Source: an uncultured Gemmatimonadaceae bacterium
Lineage (GTDB): Bacteria; Gemmatimonadota; Gemmatimonadetes; Gemmatimonadales; GWC2-71-9
Direction: 5' to 3'
Assembly (NCBI GenBank): GCA_964598655.1
Contig: CAZRCT010000012.1
Location: 101-64,100, forward strand
DNA: 64,000 bases
The notes under the pieces were generated by a model. That model had not been told where the DNA came from and ran no database searches. It was given only the letters and a program-made list of their open reading frames with translations. Positions 18,492 through 27,044 of this stretch are shown one piece after another. Each line of letters starts with the position of its first letter. Within the stretch, counting starts at the first letter, position 1. The position numbers and the translations under genes were made by a program.

Positions 18492-19655
18492 ATGAGAAAG
18501 CGTGACGTGCGCCCGGAATCTGGGCTGGTCGGCGGCAAAGTCCAGCGCGTGCTGGTGGGCCTGGGCGCCCTTGCCCTGGTCCTCGCGGTGGGCGTGGTGC
18601 GGCCCTGGGAGGCCCACCGGCGGTCCGTCGCCGGGGGCGACGGCGTGGCCAGCGGGTTCGAGGAGCGCCAGCTCGGCGCCGCCCTGCCGCCCAAGCCCGG
18701 CGAGGTCCCGGAGCCGGCCGCGCCCGCTGCCTCGCCGCCGGCTGACTCCGAGGCGCCCGCCGCGCCAGCCACCCCCGCACCCCCCGTCCCGCCGCCGCCC
18801 GCCCCGGCCCCGACCCGCGCGCAGGACAGCGCCCAGGGGGTCCTCTTCCGGGAGGGCTTCGAGGATGGCGCGCTCGGCGAGCGCGGCTGGTACGACAACC
18901 GCGCCCCGCTCGTCGTCCCCACCAGGCCGCACACGGGCCGGGGCGCCGTGGAGTTCCGCTTCCGCCGCGGCAACCGGATCCCGATGCAGGGCGGCGCGGT
19001 GCGCCGGCTGTTCACGCCGACGGACGTGGTGGTGGTCAGCTACTGGGTGCGCTACGACGCCGACTGGCGTGGCTCGGGGAAGGCGTACCATCCGCACGAG
19101 TTCCACGTCATCACCACCAGCGACAACGAGTTCATCGGCCCGTCGGCCACGCACCTGACCGCGTACATCGAGCACAACTGGCAGCAGGGCATCGTGCCGC
19201 GCCTCGCCATCACTGACGCCCTGAACATCGACGTGGCCGGGGTGAACAAGGACCTGAGCCGCAGCACCGAGCGCCGCGCCGTGGCCGGCTGCAACGGCGG
19301 CCCGGGGAGGTGCTACCTGGGGTCGGGCTGGCGCAACGAGCTCACCTGGTCGGCGGCCGGGCCCGCGGCCGGGCCGGAGCCGGGGCCCGGCTCGCAGGCG
19401 GAGTGGCACCGGGTGGAGGCCGAGTTCCGGCTCAACAGCATCCGCGACGGGCGCGGCCAGCGCGACGGCGTGGCGCGCTACTGGTTCGACGGCCGCCTGC
19501 TCATCGACCAGGCCGACGTGCTCTTCCGCACCGCCCAGCAGCCGCAGATGAAGTTCAACCAGTTCGTCATCGCACCCTACATCGGGGACGGGTCGCCTTT
19601 CGACCAGGCCTTCTTCGTGGACGACATCATCGTCTCCACGCAGCGCGTGCCCTAG
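18492..19655 (+). CDS. hypothetical membrane-anchored protein with Pro/Ala-rich linker and jelly-roll (polysaccharide-lyase/LamG-like) C-terminal domain
   Basis: N-terminal TM (VLVGLGALALVLAVGVV), PAPA-rich linker, ~270-aa globular domain; family assignment tentative; start uncertain (only 15 bp from the divergent gene). Confidence 0.55.
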   Translation: MRKRDVRPESGLVGGKVQRVLVGLGALALVLAVGVVRPWEAHRRSVAGGDGVASGFEERQLGAALPPKPGEVPEPAAPAASPPADSEAPAAPATPAPPVPPPPAPAPTRAQDSAQGVLFREGFEDGALGERGWYDNRAPLVVPTRPHTGRGAVEFRFRRGNRIPMQGGAVRRLFTPTDVVVVSYWVRYDADWRGSGKAYHPHEFHVITTSDNEFIGPSATHLTAYIEHNWQQGIVPRLAITDALNIDVAGVNKDLSRSTERRAVAGCNGGPGRCYLGSGWRNELTWSAAGPAAGPEPGPGSQAEWHRVEAEFRLNSIRDGRGQRDGVARYWFDGRLLIDQADVLFRTAQQPQMKFNQFVIAPYIGDGSPFDQAFFVDDIIVSTQRVP

Positions 19656-19697
19656 CGCCGCGGCCGCGGCCCCCTCCCGTCCCCTCGCCCCCGGCCC

Positions 19698-20873
19698 ATG
19701 CACACTGCGCTCCGCACCCGCTCGTTCCGGGAGTCCGTCATCCGCGGCATGTCCCGCCTGGCCGCGAAGCACGGGGCCATCAACCTGGCCCAGGGCTTCC
19801 CCAATTTCGCCGCGCCCGAGCTGCTCAAGGAGGCCGCGGCGCAGGCCATCCGGGACAACCACAACCAGTACGCCATCACGTGGGGCGCACGACGCCTGCG
19901 GGAGGCGGTGGCCCGGAAGTACGAGGCCTGGTACGGTCTCCGCGTGGATCCCGAGACCGAGGTGACGATCACCTGTGGCGCCACCGAGGCCATGATCGCC
20001 ACGCTCCTGGCCATCGTGGACCCGGGCGAGGAAGTGATCGTGTTCGAGCCGTTCTACGAGAACTACGGCCCCGACACCATCCTCTGCGATGCGCGGCCCG
20101 TGTACGTGCCGCTCTTCCCGGGGCAGCCGCTCGACCTCGACCGCCTGGCCGCCGCGTTCACGCCGCGCACCCGCGCCGTCATCGTCAACACGCCGGCCAA
20201 TCCCGTGGGCCGGGTGCTCACGCGTGCCGAGCTCGAGGGCATCGCCGCGCTCTGCCAGCGTCACGGCGCGTATGCCGTCACCGACGAGATCTACGAGCAC
20301 ATCCGCTATTCGGGCGAGCACATCCCCCTGGCCACCATCCCGGGGATGCGCGAGCGCACCATCACCATCAGCGGCGCCTCGAAGACCTTCTCCATCACCG
20401 GCTGGCGCATCGGCACCATCCTGGCGCCGGCCGCGCTCACCGACGCCATCCGCAAGGTCCACGACTTCCTGACCGTCGGCGCCCCCGCCCCGCTGCAGGA
20501 GGGCCTCGCCACCGCCATGGACCAGCTGCCGCGCGAGTTCTACCTCGGTATGGGCGAGGAGTACCGCCGCCGCCGCGACCTGCTCCACGCCGCCGTGCTG
20601 CAGGCCGGCTTCCGGGCCGTGGCGCCCGAAGGCGCCTACTACATCCTGGCCGACTTCTCCGCCCTCTCTGATCTCGACGACACCGCCTTTGCCCATTGGC
20701 TCGCCGCGGAGCGCGGGGTGGCCCCGGTCCCAGGGTCGAGCTTCTTCAGCAGGCCCGAGCTCGGCCGTCACTACGTGCGCTTCGTTTTCTGCAAGACCGA
20801 CGACCTCCTGCACGAAGCCGCCGCCCGGTTGACGGGCGGCGGCAGCCGGGACGCGCGGGACGTGCAGCGCTGA
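19698..20873 (+). CDS. class I/II PLP-dependent aminotransferase (YbdL/kynurenine aminotransferase-like)
   Basis: …INLAQGFPNF…, …NTPANPVG…, PLP lysine motif SGASKTFSITGWR. Confidence 0.9.
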   Translation: MHTALRTRSFRESVIRGMSRLAAKHGAINLAQGFPNFAAPELLKEAAAQAIRDNHNQYAITWGARRLREAVARKYEAWYGLRVDPETEVTITCGATEAMIATLLAIVDPGEEVIVFEPFYENYGPDTILCDARPVYVPLFPGQPLDLDRLAAAFTPRTRAVIVNTPANPVGRVLTRAELEGIAALCQRHGAYAVTDEIYEHIRYSGEHIPLATIPGMRERTITISGASKTFSITGWRIGTILAPAALTDAIRKVHDFLTVGAPAPLQEGLATAMDQLPREFYLGMGEEYRRRRDLLHAAVLQAGFRAVAPEGAYYILADFSALSDLDDTAFAHWLAAERGVAPVPGSSFFSRPELGRHYVRFVFCKTDDLLHEAAARLTGGGSRDARDVQR

Positions 20874-20880
20874 CCTTCCG

Positions 20881-20901
20881 CGCCCGGCGGGACGCCGGGC
20901 G
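20881..20901. terminator. hairpin between convergent genes
   Basis: CGCCCGGCG-gga-CGCCGGGCG, 9-bp stem between + stop (20873) and - stop (20911). Confidence 0.45.
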
Positions 20902-20910
20902 TACGCGCGA

Positions 20911-22341
20911 TCAGGCCGGCGGGGCGGCCCCGGCTTCCGGCAGCACCAGCGCGAACGTGGCCCCGCGCGCGGCCGGCTCGAGCCGGACGGTGCCGCCGTG
21001 CGCCTCGGCCACCCCCCGCGCGATCGGCAGGCCGAGGCCGGTGCCCGGCGCGTCGGGGTTGAGCCGCGCGAAGCGCTCGAAGATCCGCTCGCGCGCCTCC
21101 GCCGGGATGCCCGGTCCCTCGTCGTGGACCCGCGCCCACGCGCGCCGCTGCCCGTCCTCCACCGTGGTCCCCGTGCTCACCTCGATGGCGGCCCCGGGCG
21201 CGTGCACCAGCGCATTGTTGAGCAGGACCACCAGCGCCTGCTCCAGCAGCGCCGCGTCCCCCAGCACCGGCGCCGCCTCGAACTCGCCGAGGGTGATGCT
21301 GCGGCCCGCCGCCAGCGGCAGCCGGCGCACCCGGGAGACGGCCGTGGTGAGCAGGTCGTCGAGGTAGAGCCGCTCGCGGGTGGGCTCGAGGCGGCCGGCG
21401 TCGCCGCGGGCCACCAGCAGCAGGTCGTTCACCAGCCGCCCCATCTCCGCCGCCTCCGCCGCGATGCGCGCCAGTGCCTCCTGCCGGCTCTCGGCCGTGT
21501 TGCCCTCGCCCAGCGCCACCTCGGCCTCGCTGCGCAGGATGGCCACCGGGGTGCGCAGCTCGTGCGCCACCTCGGCCAGGAACTCCCGCTGCCGCTCGGC
21601 CACGTCGCGCTCCCGCTCGATGGCCGCGGTGCCGCGCGCCACCAGCCGGTTGAACGCGGTGGTCAGCGTGGCGATCTCGTCGTCGGCGGGGGAGGGCGGG
21701 AGGGGGGCAAAGGTGGTGTCGCCCCGCACCACGGCCTCGCCGATCTGGTCGGCGGCGCGCGCCACCTGCACGATGGGCCGCAGCACCAGCCCCGCCCCCC
21801 ACGCCCCCACCAGGCCGCCGAGCAGCAGGATCACCGGCAGCACCGTGATGAGCGCCCGGGAGAGCCGGTCGAGCCGCCGCTCCAGCGGCAGCGTGCTCAT
21901 GGCGATGATCACCTCGAGTCCCTCCGCCAGCGGGGCCCGCAGCACGCGCGCCTCGCCTTCCCGCAGCTGGAGGGTGACGGCGCGCCGCCTCGGCGCGTCG
22001 TGCGGCGCGTCGTTGAACCACGGCTCGCCCGGGATGCGGGGGCTCGCCACGCGGCGCTGGAGGGTGGTGTCGGCGGGATCGATGGCCACGAGCGTCCGGT
22101 CGCCGTAGACGAGCTCGGACACGACGTGCGCCGCGGCTTCCCAGCCCGTGCCGTACTCCGGCCGGTCCAGCTGGAAGAGGGCCACGGCGCCCTGCGCCGC
22201 TTCCTGCAGGTTGTGGTCGAATTCCCGGCGGTAGCCGCGCGCCAGGTGCAGCGAGAGGGCCAGCGCCCCGAGCCCGAGCAGCACCGCGAAGCCCGCGCCG
22301 AAGACGAGGGCCAGGCGGGTGCGGAGCCCGAGGCGCGTCAC
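20911..22341 (-). CDS. sensor histidine kinase (TM-HAMP-HisKA-HATPase)
   Basis: ORF 20911..22527; start set to GTG 22341 forming a GTGA overlap with the response-regulator stop; H-box FLAEVAHELRTPV, N/G boxes …LLNNALVHAPG…, DEGPGIP, GTGLGLPIARG. Confidence 0.85.
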   Translation of the reverse strand: MTRLGLRTRLALVFGAGFAVLLGLGALALSLHLARGYRREFDHNLQEAAQGAVALFQLDRPEYGTGWEAAAHVVSELVYGDRTLVAIDPADTTLQRRVASPRIPGEPWFNDAPHDAPRRRAVTLQLREGEARVLRAPLAEGLEVIIAMSTLPLERRLDRLSRALITVLPVILLLGGLVGAWGAGLVLRPIVQVARAADQIGEAVVRGDTTFAPLPPSPADDEIATLTTAFNRLVARGTAAIERERDVAERQREFLAEVAHELRTPVAILRSEAEVALGEGNTAESRQEALARIAAEAAEMGRLVNDLLLVARGDAGRLEPTRERLYLDDLLTTAVSRVRRLPLAAGRSITLGEFEAAPVLGDAALLEQALVVLLNNALVHAPGAAIEVSTGTTVEDGQRRAWARVHDEGPGIPAEARERIFERFARLNPDAPGTGLGLPIARGVAEAHGGTVRLEPAARGATFALVLPEAGAAPPA

Positions 22342-23030
22342 CCGGTGCGGGCGCCCCCGCGCGCAGGATCGAGCGTGTAGCCGGCCCCGCGCACCGTGTG
22401 GAACAGCGGCACGAGCCCGGGACGGTCCAGCTTGCGGCGCAGCCGTGAGACGTACACGTCGATGATGTTGGAGAAGGGGTCGTAGTTCTCGTCCCAGACG
22501 GCCGCGCTGATCTGCGCCCGCCCGCACACCTGCCCGGCGTGCCGGGCCAGGAACTCGAGCATCGCGTACTCGGTGGTGGTGAGCTCCACCGGCTCGCCGG
22601 CCCGCACGGCGGTCCGCGCCGCCGGGTCGATCACCAGGTCCGCCACCTCGAGGAGCTGGGGACGGAACTCCGGCTGCCGCCGCTGCAGCGCCCGGAGCCG
22701 CGCCAGCAGTTCCTCGAACGCGAACGGCTTCACGAGGTAGTCATCCGCGCCGCTGTCGAGCCCGTGCACCCGGTCGGCCACGGCGTCCCGCGCGGTCAGC
22801 ATCAGCACCGGGATCCGGATGGCGCGCTTGCGCAGCTCGGCGGCCAGGCTGAAGCCCGAGCCGTCCGGCAGGTTCACGTCGAGGATCACCGCGTCGTACG
22901 GCTCCAGCTCCAGCTTCTGCCGGGCCACCGCCAGCCGGTCGGCGATGTCCACGGCGTGGGCCGCCTGCCGGAGCCCCCGCGCGATGCTCTCGGCCAGCCG
23001 CGCTTCGTCTTCCACCAGCAGGACGCGCAT
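22338..23030 (-). CDS. OmpR/PhoB-family response regulator
   Basis: ORF 22338..23156, start at MRVLLVEDE (ATG 23030); receiver Asp (…AVILDVNLPDG…), winged-helix output (…YVSRLRRKLD…TVRGAGYTL). Confidence 0.9.
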   Translation of the reverse strand: MRVLLVEDEARLAESIARGLRQAAHAVDIADRLAVARQKLELEPYDAVILDVNLPDGSGFSLAAELRKRAIRIPVLMLTARDAVADRVHGLDSGADDYLVKPFAFEELLARLRALQRRQPEFRPQLLEVADLVIDPAARTAVRAGEPVELTTTEYAMLEFLARHAGQVCGRAQISAAVWDENYDPFSNIIDVYVSRLRRKLDRPGLVPLFHTVRGAGYTLDPARGGARTG

Positions 23031-23046
23031 GGTCGTGGCCCCGGGG

Positions 23047-23610
23047 TCAGCGATCGTCGTCATCATCGTCGCGATCCCGCGCGGGCGCAAGGGAATCGGC
23101 CGCCAGGCTGTCGGCCGCCATGCTCCCCACGGCCCCCGTGCCCGGCCCCGCCTCACCCGCGGCGGCCAGCGGCCCCCGGATCTCGTCGTGGGCGATCTGC
23201 CCGCCCGACAGGCCCGTCAGGCCGAGCAGGCCGGCGCTCACCAGCAGCCCCGCCAGCGTGATGCCGCCCAGCGCCCGCGGGGTTCCCTCCGTCTTCCGGG
23301 ACATCCAGAACGCCCCCGCCGCGGCCGCGCCGGTGAGCAGCACCGCGATCAGCGCCGCTTCGGCACGCTCCTCGTGGTCGTGCACCAGCTGCTCACTGAA
23401 GCCCGGGGTGTGCTCGATCCCTTCCTCCGCCGGCTCCCCCGTCAGGAACACCGGGTAGGCCAGCGCCGCCACCACCACGGCGGCGCCGAGCGCGGTGCGC
23501 GTGACCTCGCGCGAGTCGCGCAGGATGCCCCAGGCGAGCAGCGCCGCCACCAGCGGGACGCCCATGATGGGCAGGTGGTTGATGATGAGGTGCAGGTGCG
23601 TGGCGTCCAT
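23047..23610 (-). CDS. hypothetical 4-TM membrane protein, first gene of the two-component unit
   Basis: Four hydrophobic segments; acidic tail …RDRDDDDDDR; ends 16 nt before the regulator start. Confidence 0.6.
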   Translation of the reverse strand: MDATHLHLIINHLPIMGVPLVAALLAWGILRDSREVTRTALGAAVVVAALAYPVFLTGEPAEEGIEHTPGFSEQLVHDHEERAEAALIAVLLTGAAAAGAFWMSRKTEGTPRALGGITLAGLLVSAGLLGLTGLSGGQIAHDEIRGPLAAAGEAGPGTGAVGSMAADSLAADSLAPARDRDDDDDDR

Positions 23611-23703
23611 GGGTTCCCCCGGTAGAAGATGCGCCGCAAGCTAGGCGGGGGGGATGAACCCACCGTGAACGGTGGTCGGGATGGGGGCCAGCCCACAAAC
23701 AAC

Positions 23704-23732
23704 GGCGGGCGGGGACCCGGTCCCCGCCCGCC
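23704..23732 (-). terminator. intrinsic terminator-like hairpin after dacB
   Basis: GGCGGGCGGGGAC-ccg-GTCCCCGCCCGCC, 13-bp stem; followed on the minus strand by GTTGTTTGTGG. Confidence 0.5.
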
Positions 23733-23753
23733 AACTCGTTCCACCCGAAAGGC

Positions 23754-25268
23754 TTACTGGTTTGCGGTCTCGCCGCCCAGCTCACCGCCCGAGGGCTCGG
23801 CCATGTCCTGGTCGGCCTCCGCCGGGATGGAGGCGCCGTCGGCGCCGAGCAGCCGGAAGGCCGACCACTGGTGCCGCTTGGCCGTGCGGGAGCGCGGCCC
23901 GTTGTACATCAGGCTGACGAGGAACATCCCATCCCGCCGGCCCAGGTAGCCCACCAGCGTCGAGACGCCGTTCAGGGTCCCGGTCTTGGCGCGCACCACG
24001 CCCGCCGCCGGCAGCCCGCCCGCCAGCCGCGCCAGCGTGCCCACGCCGTTGGCGGGCAGCAGCGACGGGAAGTTCCGCCCCGCCGGCGTGTGCTGGAAGT
24101 TGGCCATGTAGTAGATGAACGTGGCCGGCGTGATCCGGTCCTCGTGGGACATGCCGCTGCCGTCCACCAGCTTGACGCCGCCCGCCACGCCCGCCACCTG
24201 CTGCACGTGCTCCGTCAGGCGCTGCGGCCCGCCCTCGCGGCCCGCGGCCCAGCGCAGGATCAGCTCGGCGCCGAGGTTGAGGCTGCGGCGGTTCACGTCA
24301 TACGCCACCGAGTCGAAGGGCGCCGACTGCACCTGGGCCAGCACCTGGTCGGCGGGGCTGTCCACCTGGATCTCCTGCGGCGTGCGGTCCCACTCGATCC
24401 CGGCCTGCGCGAGCGCCTGGGCCCACGTGGCCGCCAGCACCGCCTTGGTGTCGCCGGCCACGGACATGAGGCGGCGCGTTCCCGCGCGGATGCCCACGGC
24501 CCCGGTGATGAGGTAGCCGCCATCCTTCATGCGGGTGATGCGGAGCCGCGAGCGGCTGCCCGCCACCGTGGTGGCGTGCACGTTCACCAGCGCGTTGAGG
24601 CCCGCCGGGGAGGTTTCCACCAGGCGCGGCCGCTGTCCCTGGCGGGCCCCCGGCTGGACGTAGAACGTGACCATGTTCTCGTGCAGCGTGAGGCTGCCGA
24701 TGAGCGGGGCAAACCGGCTGCCCCAGTTCCCCGCCGACCACACGCTCGGGTAGCTCGCCTCGGCCGGGCTGCCGTCCTCGCTGATCGCGGTGACCGGGCC
24801 GCGGAGCTTGCGGATGCCCTGTGCGGCGAGCTGGTTGGCGAGGTCCACGAGGCGCGGGCCCTCGCCCGAGGGACTCTCGAGCGTCGGGTCGCCGTTGAGC
24901 TCCAGCACCCACTTGCCCACCCACTCGCCGGTGACCTCGTCGAGGTGGCCGAGGCCCAGCACCCGCGTGGAGCGGCGGGCGTCGCCGCCGAGCACGGTGC
25001 GGGCGTAGCCGGTGGTGAGGAGCTTGACCGTCGAGGCGGGGATCATCGGCGCGTCGGGGTTCACGCTCCAGAGCACGTTGCCGCTCTGGTCGGCCACCAC
25101 GATGCCCCACTGGCCCGGCGCGCTGCGCCGCGCGGTGCGGTACCAGCGGTCCAGGCCCGACTTGAGGGCCGGCGGCAGCTCCTGCGCCGTCGCACGCGCC
25201 ACGAGGCCCGCCCCGACGAGGAGCGTGCCAAGGACCAGCGTGGTGCGGAGGCGTGTGATCAGGCGCAC
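23754..25268 (-). CDS. dacB: D-alanyl-D-alanine carboxypeptidase/endopeptidase (PBP4, peptidase S13)
   Basis: Signal peptide; SxxK (PASTVKL) and KTG (AKTGTLNGVSTLVGY) motifs; GTG start at 25268. Confidence 0.85.
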   Translation of the reverse strand: MRLITRLRTTLVLGTLLVGAGLVARATAQELPPALKSGLDRWYRTARRSAPGQWGIVVADQSGNVLWSVNPDAPMIPASTVKLLTTGYARTVLGGDARRSTRVLGLGHLDEVTGEWVGKWVLELNGDPTLESPSGEGPRLVDLANQLAAQGIRKLRGPVTAISEDGSPAEASYPSVWSAGNWGSRFAPLIGSLTLHENMVTFYVQPGARQGQRPRLVETSPAGLNALVNVHATTVAGSRSRLRITRMKDGGYLITGAVGIRAGTRRLMSVAGDTKAVLAATWAQALAQAGIEWDRTPQEIQVDSPADQVLAQVQSAPFDSVAYDVNRRSLNLGAELILRWAAGREGGPQRLTEHVQQVAGVAGGVKLVDGSGMSHEDRITPATFIYYMANFQHTPAGRNFPSLLPANGVGTLARLAGGLPAAGVVRAKTGTLNGVSTLVGYLGRRDGMFLVSLMYNGPRSRTAKRHQWSAFRLLGADGASIPAEADQDMAEPSGGELGGETANQ

Positions 25269-25542
25269 AATGACCAGTTTCCCGGGGTTCTCTCAGAATC
25301 CTCGGCAACAAGGCTTACCGACTGAATGTGCCGGTCGGGTCAGCAAAGTTATCCGCAGGACGATTTCTGGCAAGTACTTGGATTGCAACGACTTGACGCC
25401 GAATTGGCCCCAGACGGGTCCCGGCGCCTCTCCACAACGTGCAAAGCCGGGGCCACGAGCCCGCCCTCCAAGGGACGCCGCCCGCCCGGGGCACCTCTCA
25501 CCCCTCCGCGGTGCGCCCGTCCCAGCATGCTGCCTGCCTCCC

Positions 25543-25581
25543 GGAAAAGCGAAGGCCGGCCGTCCCACCGGACAGCCGGCC
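25543..25581 (-). terminator. intrinsic terminator-like hairpin after acyl-CoA dehydrogenase gene
   Basis: GGCCGGC…GCCGGCC stem (25554-25581) followed on the minus strand by TTCGCTTTTCC. Confidence 0.45.
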
Positions 25582-25606
25582 CATTCGCCGCCCCAAACGG
25601 CGCGGG

Positions 25607-26773
25607 CTACTTGAGCAGCATCTTGGCGATCGTCTGCAGCTGCATGTTGCTCGTCCCCTCGTAGATCGTCCCGATCTTGGCGTCGCGATAGAACTTCTCG
25701 GCCGGGTATTCCTTGCTGTACCCGTAGCCGCCGAAGAGCTCGAGGCAGCGGCTGGTGGTGCGGTCCGCCATCTGCGAGGAGAAGAGCTTGGCCATCGCGG
25801 CCTCGCGCTGGAAGGGCTGGCCCTGGTCCTTGAGGCGCGCCGCGTTGTACACCAGCAGCCGGGCCGCCTCGAGCTCCGTGGCCATCTGCCCCAGCTGGAA
25901 CTGCACCCCCTGGAACTCGGCGATCGGCTTGCCGAACTGCTTCCGCTCCTTGACGTACCCCGTGGCCGCCTCGAGCGCGCCCTGCGCCACGCCCAGCATC
26001 TGCGCGCCGATGCCGATGCGGCCCTCGTTCAGCGTCTCGATGGCGATCTTGTAGCCCTGCCCCACCGGCCCGAGCACGTTGGCCTTGGGGACCCGGCACT
26101 CCTCGAGGATGAGCTCGGTGGTGCTCGAGGCCCGGATGCCGAGCTTGTTCTCCTTCTTCCCCACGCTGAAGCCGGGGAACTCCCGCTCCACCAGGAACGC
26201 CGTGATGCCCTTGTAGCCCTTGGCAAAGTCGGTGTTGGCGAAGATCAGGAAGATCCCCGCCTCCCCGCCGTTGGTGATCCAGAACTTCCGTCCCGTGAGC
26301 GCCCAGTGGTCGCCCTTGTCCTCGGCCTTGGTCTCGAGGGCGAAGGCGTCGCTCCCGCTCGCCGGCTCCGAGAGGGCGAAGGCGCCGAGCAGCTCGGCCG
26401 TCATCCGCGGGAAGTAGCGCGCGTGCTGCTCCTCGCTACCCCAGCGGAGGAGGGCGTTGTTGACCAGCGTGTTGTGCACGTCCACGTAGATGGCCGCCGA
26501 GGCGTCCACCCGCGCCAGCTCCTCGATGGCGAGCGTCGCGAGGAAGATGTTTCCGCCCGCGCCGCCGAAGCGCTCCGGCACCTCGATGCCCATGAGGCCG
26601 AGCTCGAAGAACTTGGCGATGATCTCGGGGCGGAACTTGGCCGCCTCGTCCATCTCGTGGACGAACGGCCTCACCTCCGTCTCGGCAAACTCGCGCACGG
26701 TGGCGCGGAAGAGCTCCTCCTCCTCGGAGAGGCGGGAGAGCGGGGCGGGGGCGGTGGTGGTCGGGGACGTCAT
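25607..26773 (-). CDS. acyl-CoA dehydrogenase (short/branched-chain type)
   Basis: ORF 25607..26923, start at MTSPTTTAP (ATG 26773); …ALSEPASGSDA…, …KFWITNGG…, …YEGTSNMQLQTIAK… signatures. Confidence 0.9.
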   Translation of the reverse strand: MTSPTTTAPAPLSRLSEEEELFRATVREFAETEVRPFVHEMDEAAKFRPEIIAKFFELGLMGIEVPERFGGAGGNIFLATLAIEELARVDASAAIYVDVHNTLVNNALLRWGSEEQHARYFPRMTAELLGAFALSEPASGSDAFALETKAEDKGDHWALTGRKFWITNGGEAGIFLIFANTDFAKGYKGITAFLVEREFPGFSVGKKENKLGIRASSTTELILEECRVPKANVLGPVGQGYKIAIETLNEGRIGIGAQMLGVAQGALEAATGYVKERKQFGKPIAEFQGVQFQLGQMATELEAARLLVYNAARLKDQGQPFQREAAMAKLFSSQMADRTTSRCLELFGGYGYSKEYPAEKFYRDAKIGTIYEGTSNMQLQTIAKMLLK

Positions 26774-26939
26774 GGCGGGCTCCGCGCCCTGGCTGGCGCT
26801 CGGCGGGGTGGAAAGGGAACTGCCCGGGAAGAAGCTAGCCGGGCGGCCCGCACCACTCAACGTGGCTGAGCCCGCGCCACGGGACCCCGCCGCTCGGACT
26901 TGCGGCGCGCGCCGGCCGGGCACACACCCCCATCAAGCC

Positions 26940-26971
26940 GAGCGGGGCTCGCCCCGAGGCGAGCCCCGCTC
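26940..26971 (-). terminator. intrinsic terminator-like hairpin ending the metH/yitJ-like unit
   Basis: GAGCGGGGCTCGCC-ccga-GGCGAGCCCCGCTC, 14-bp perfect stem 74 nt downstream (minus) of stop at 27045. Confidence 0.5.
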
Positions 26972-27044
26972 CCTGGTGTGCAGTGCCGCCGTGGCGCGCC
27001 GTTCCGTCCGCGCCCGGCGGTGAGACCGTCCGCCGAGGCCAGGC

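Noticed and set aside
15655-18780. 1041-aa minus-strand ORF spanning the HEAT-repeat and M42 peptidase loci
   Set aside because: It is antisense or out of frame to two genes with clear family motifs, and its composition (R, A, G, P dominated) is typical of a GC artefact.
18477-20813. N-terminal 779 codons of track ORF 17409..20813
   Set aside because: Only the last 355 codons (from MDSTSLAFLK, ATG 18476) look like a real M42 peptidase. The upstream part is antisense to the aminotransferase and the membrane-anchored protein genes, and is low complexity.
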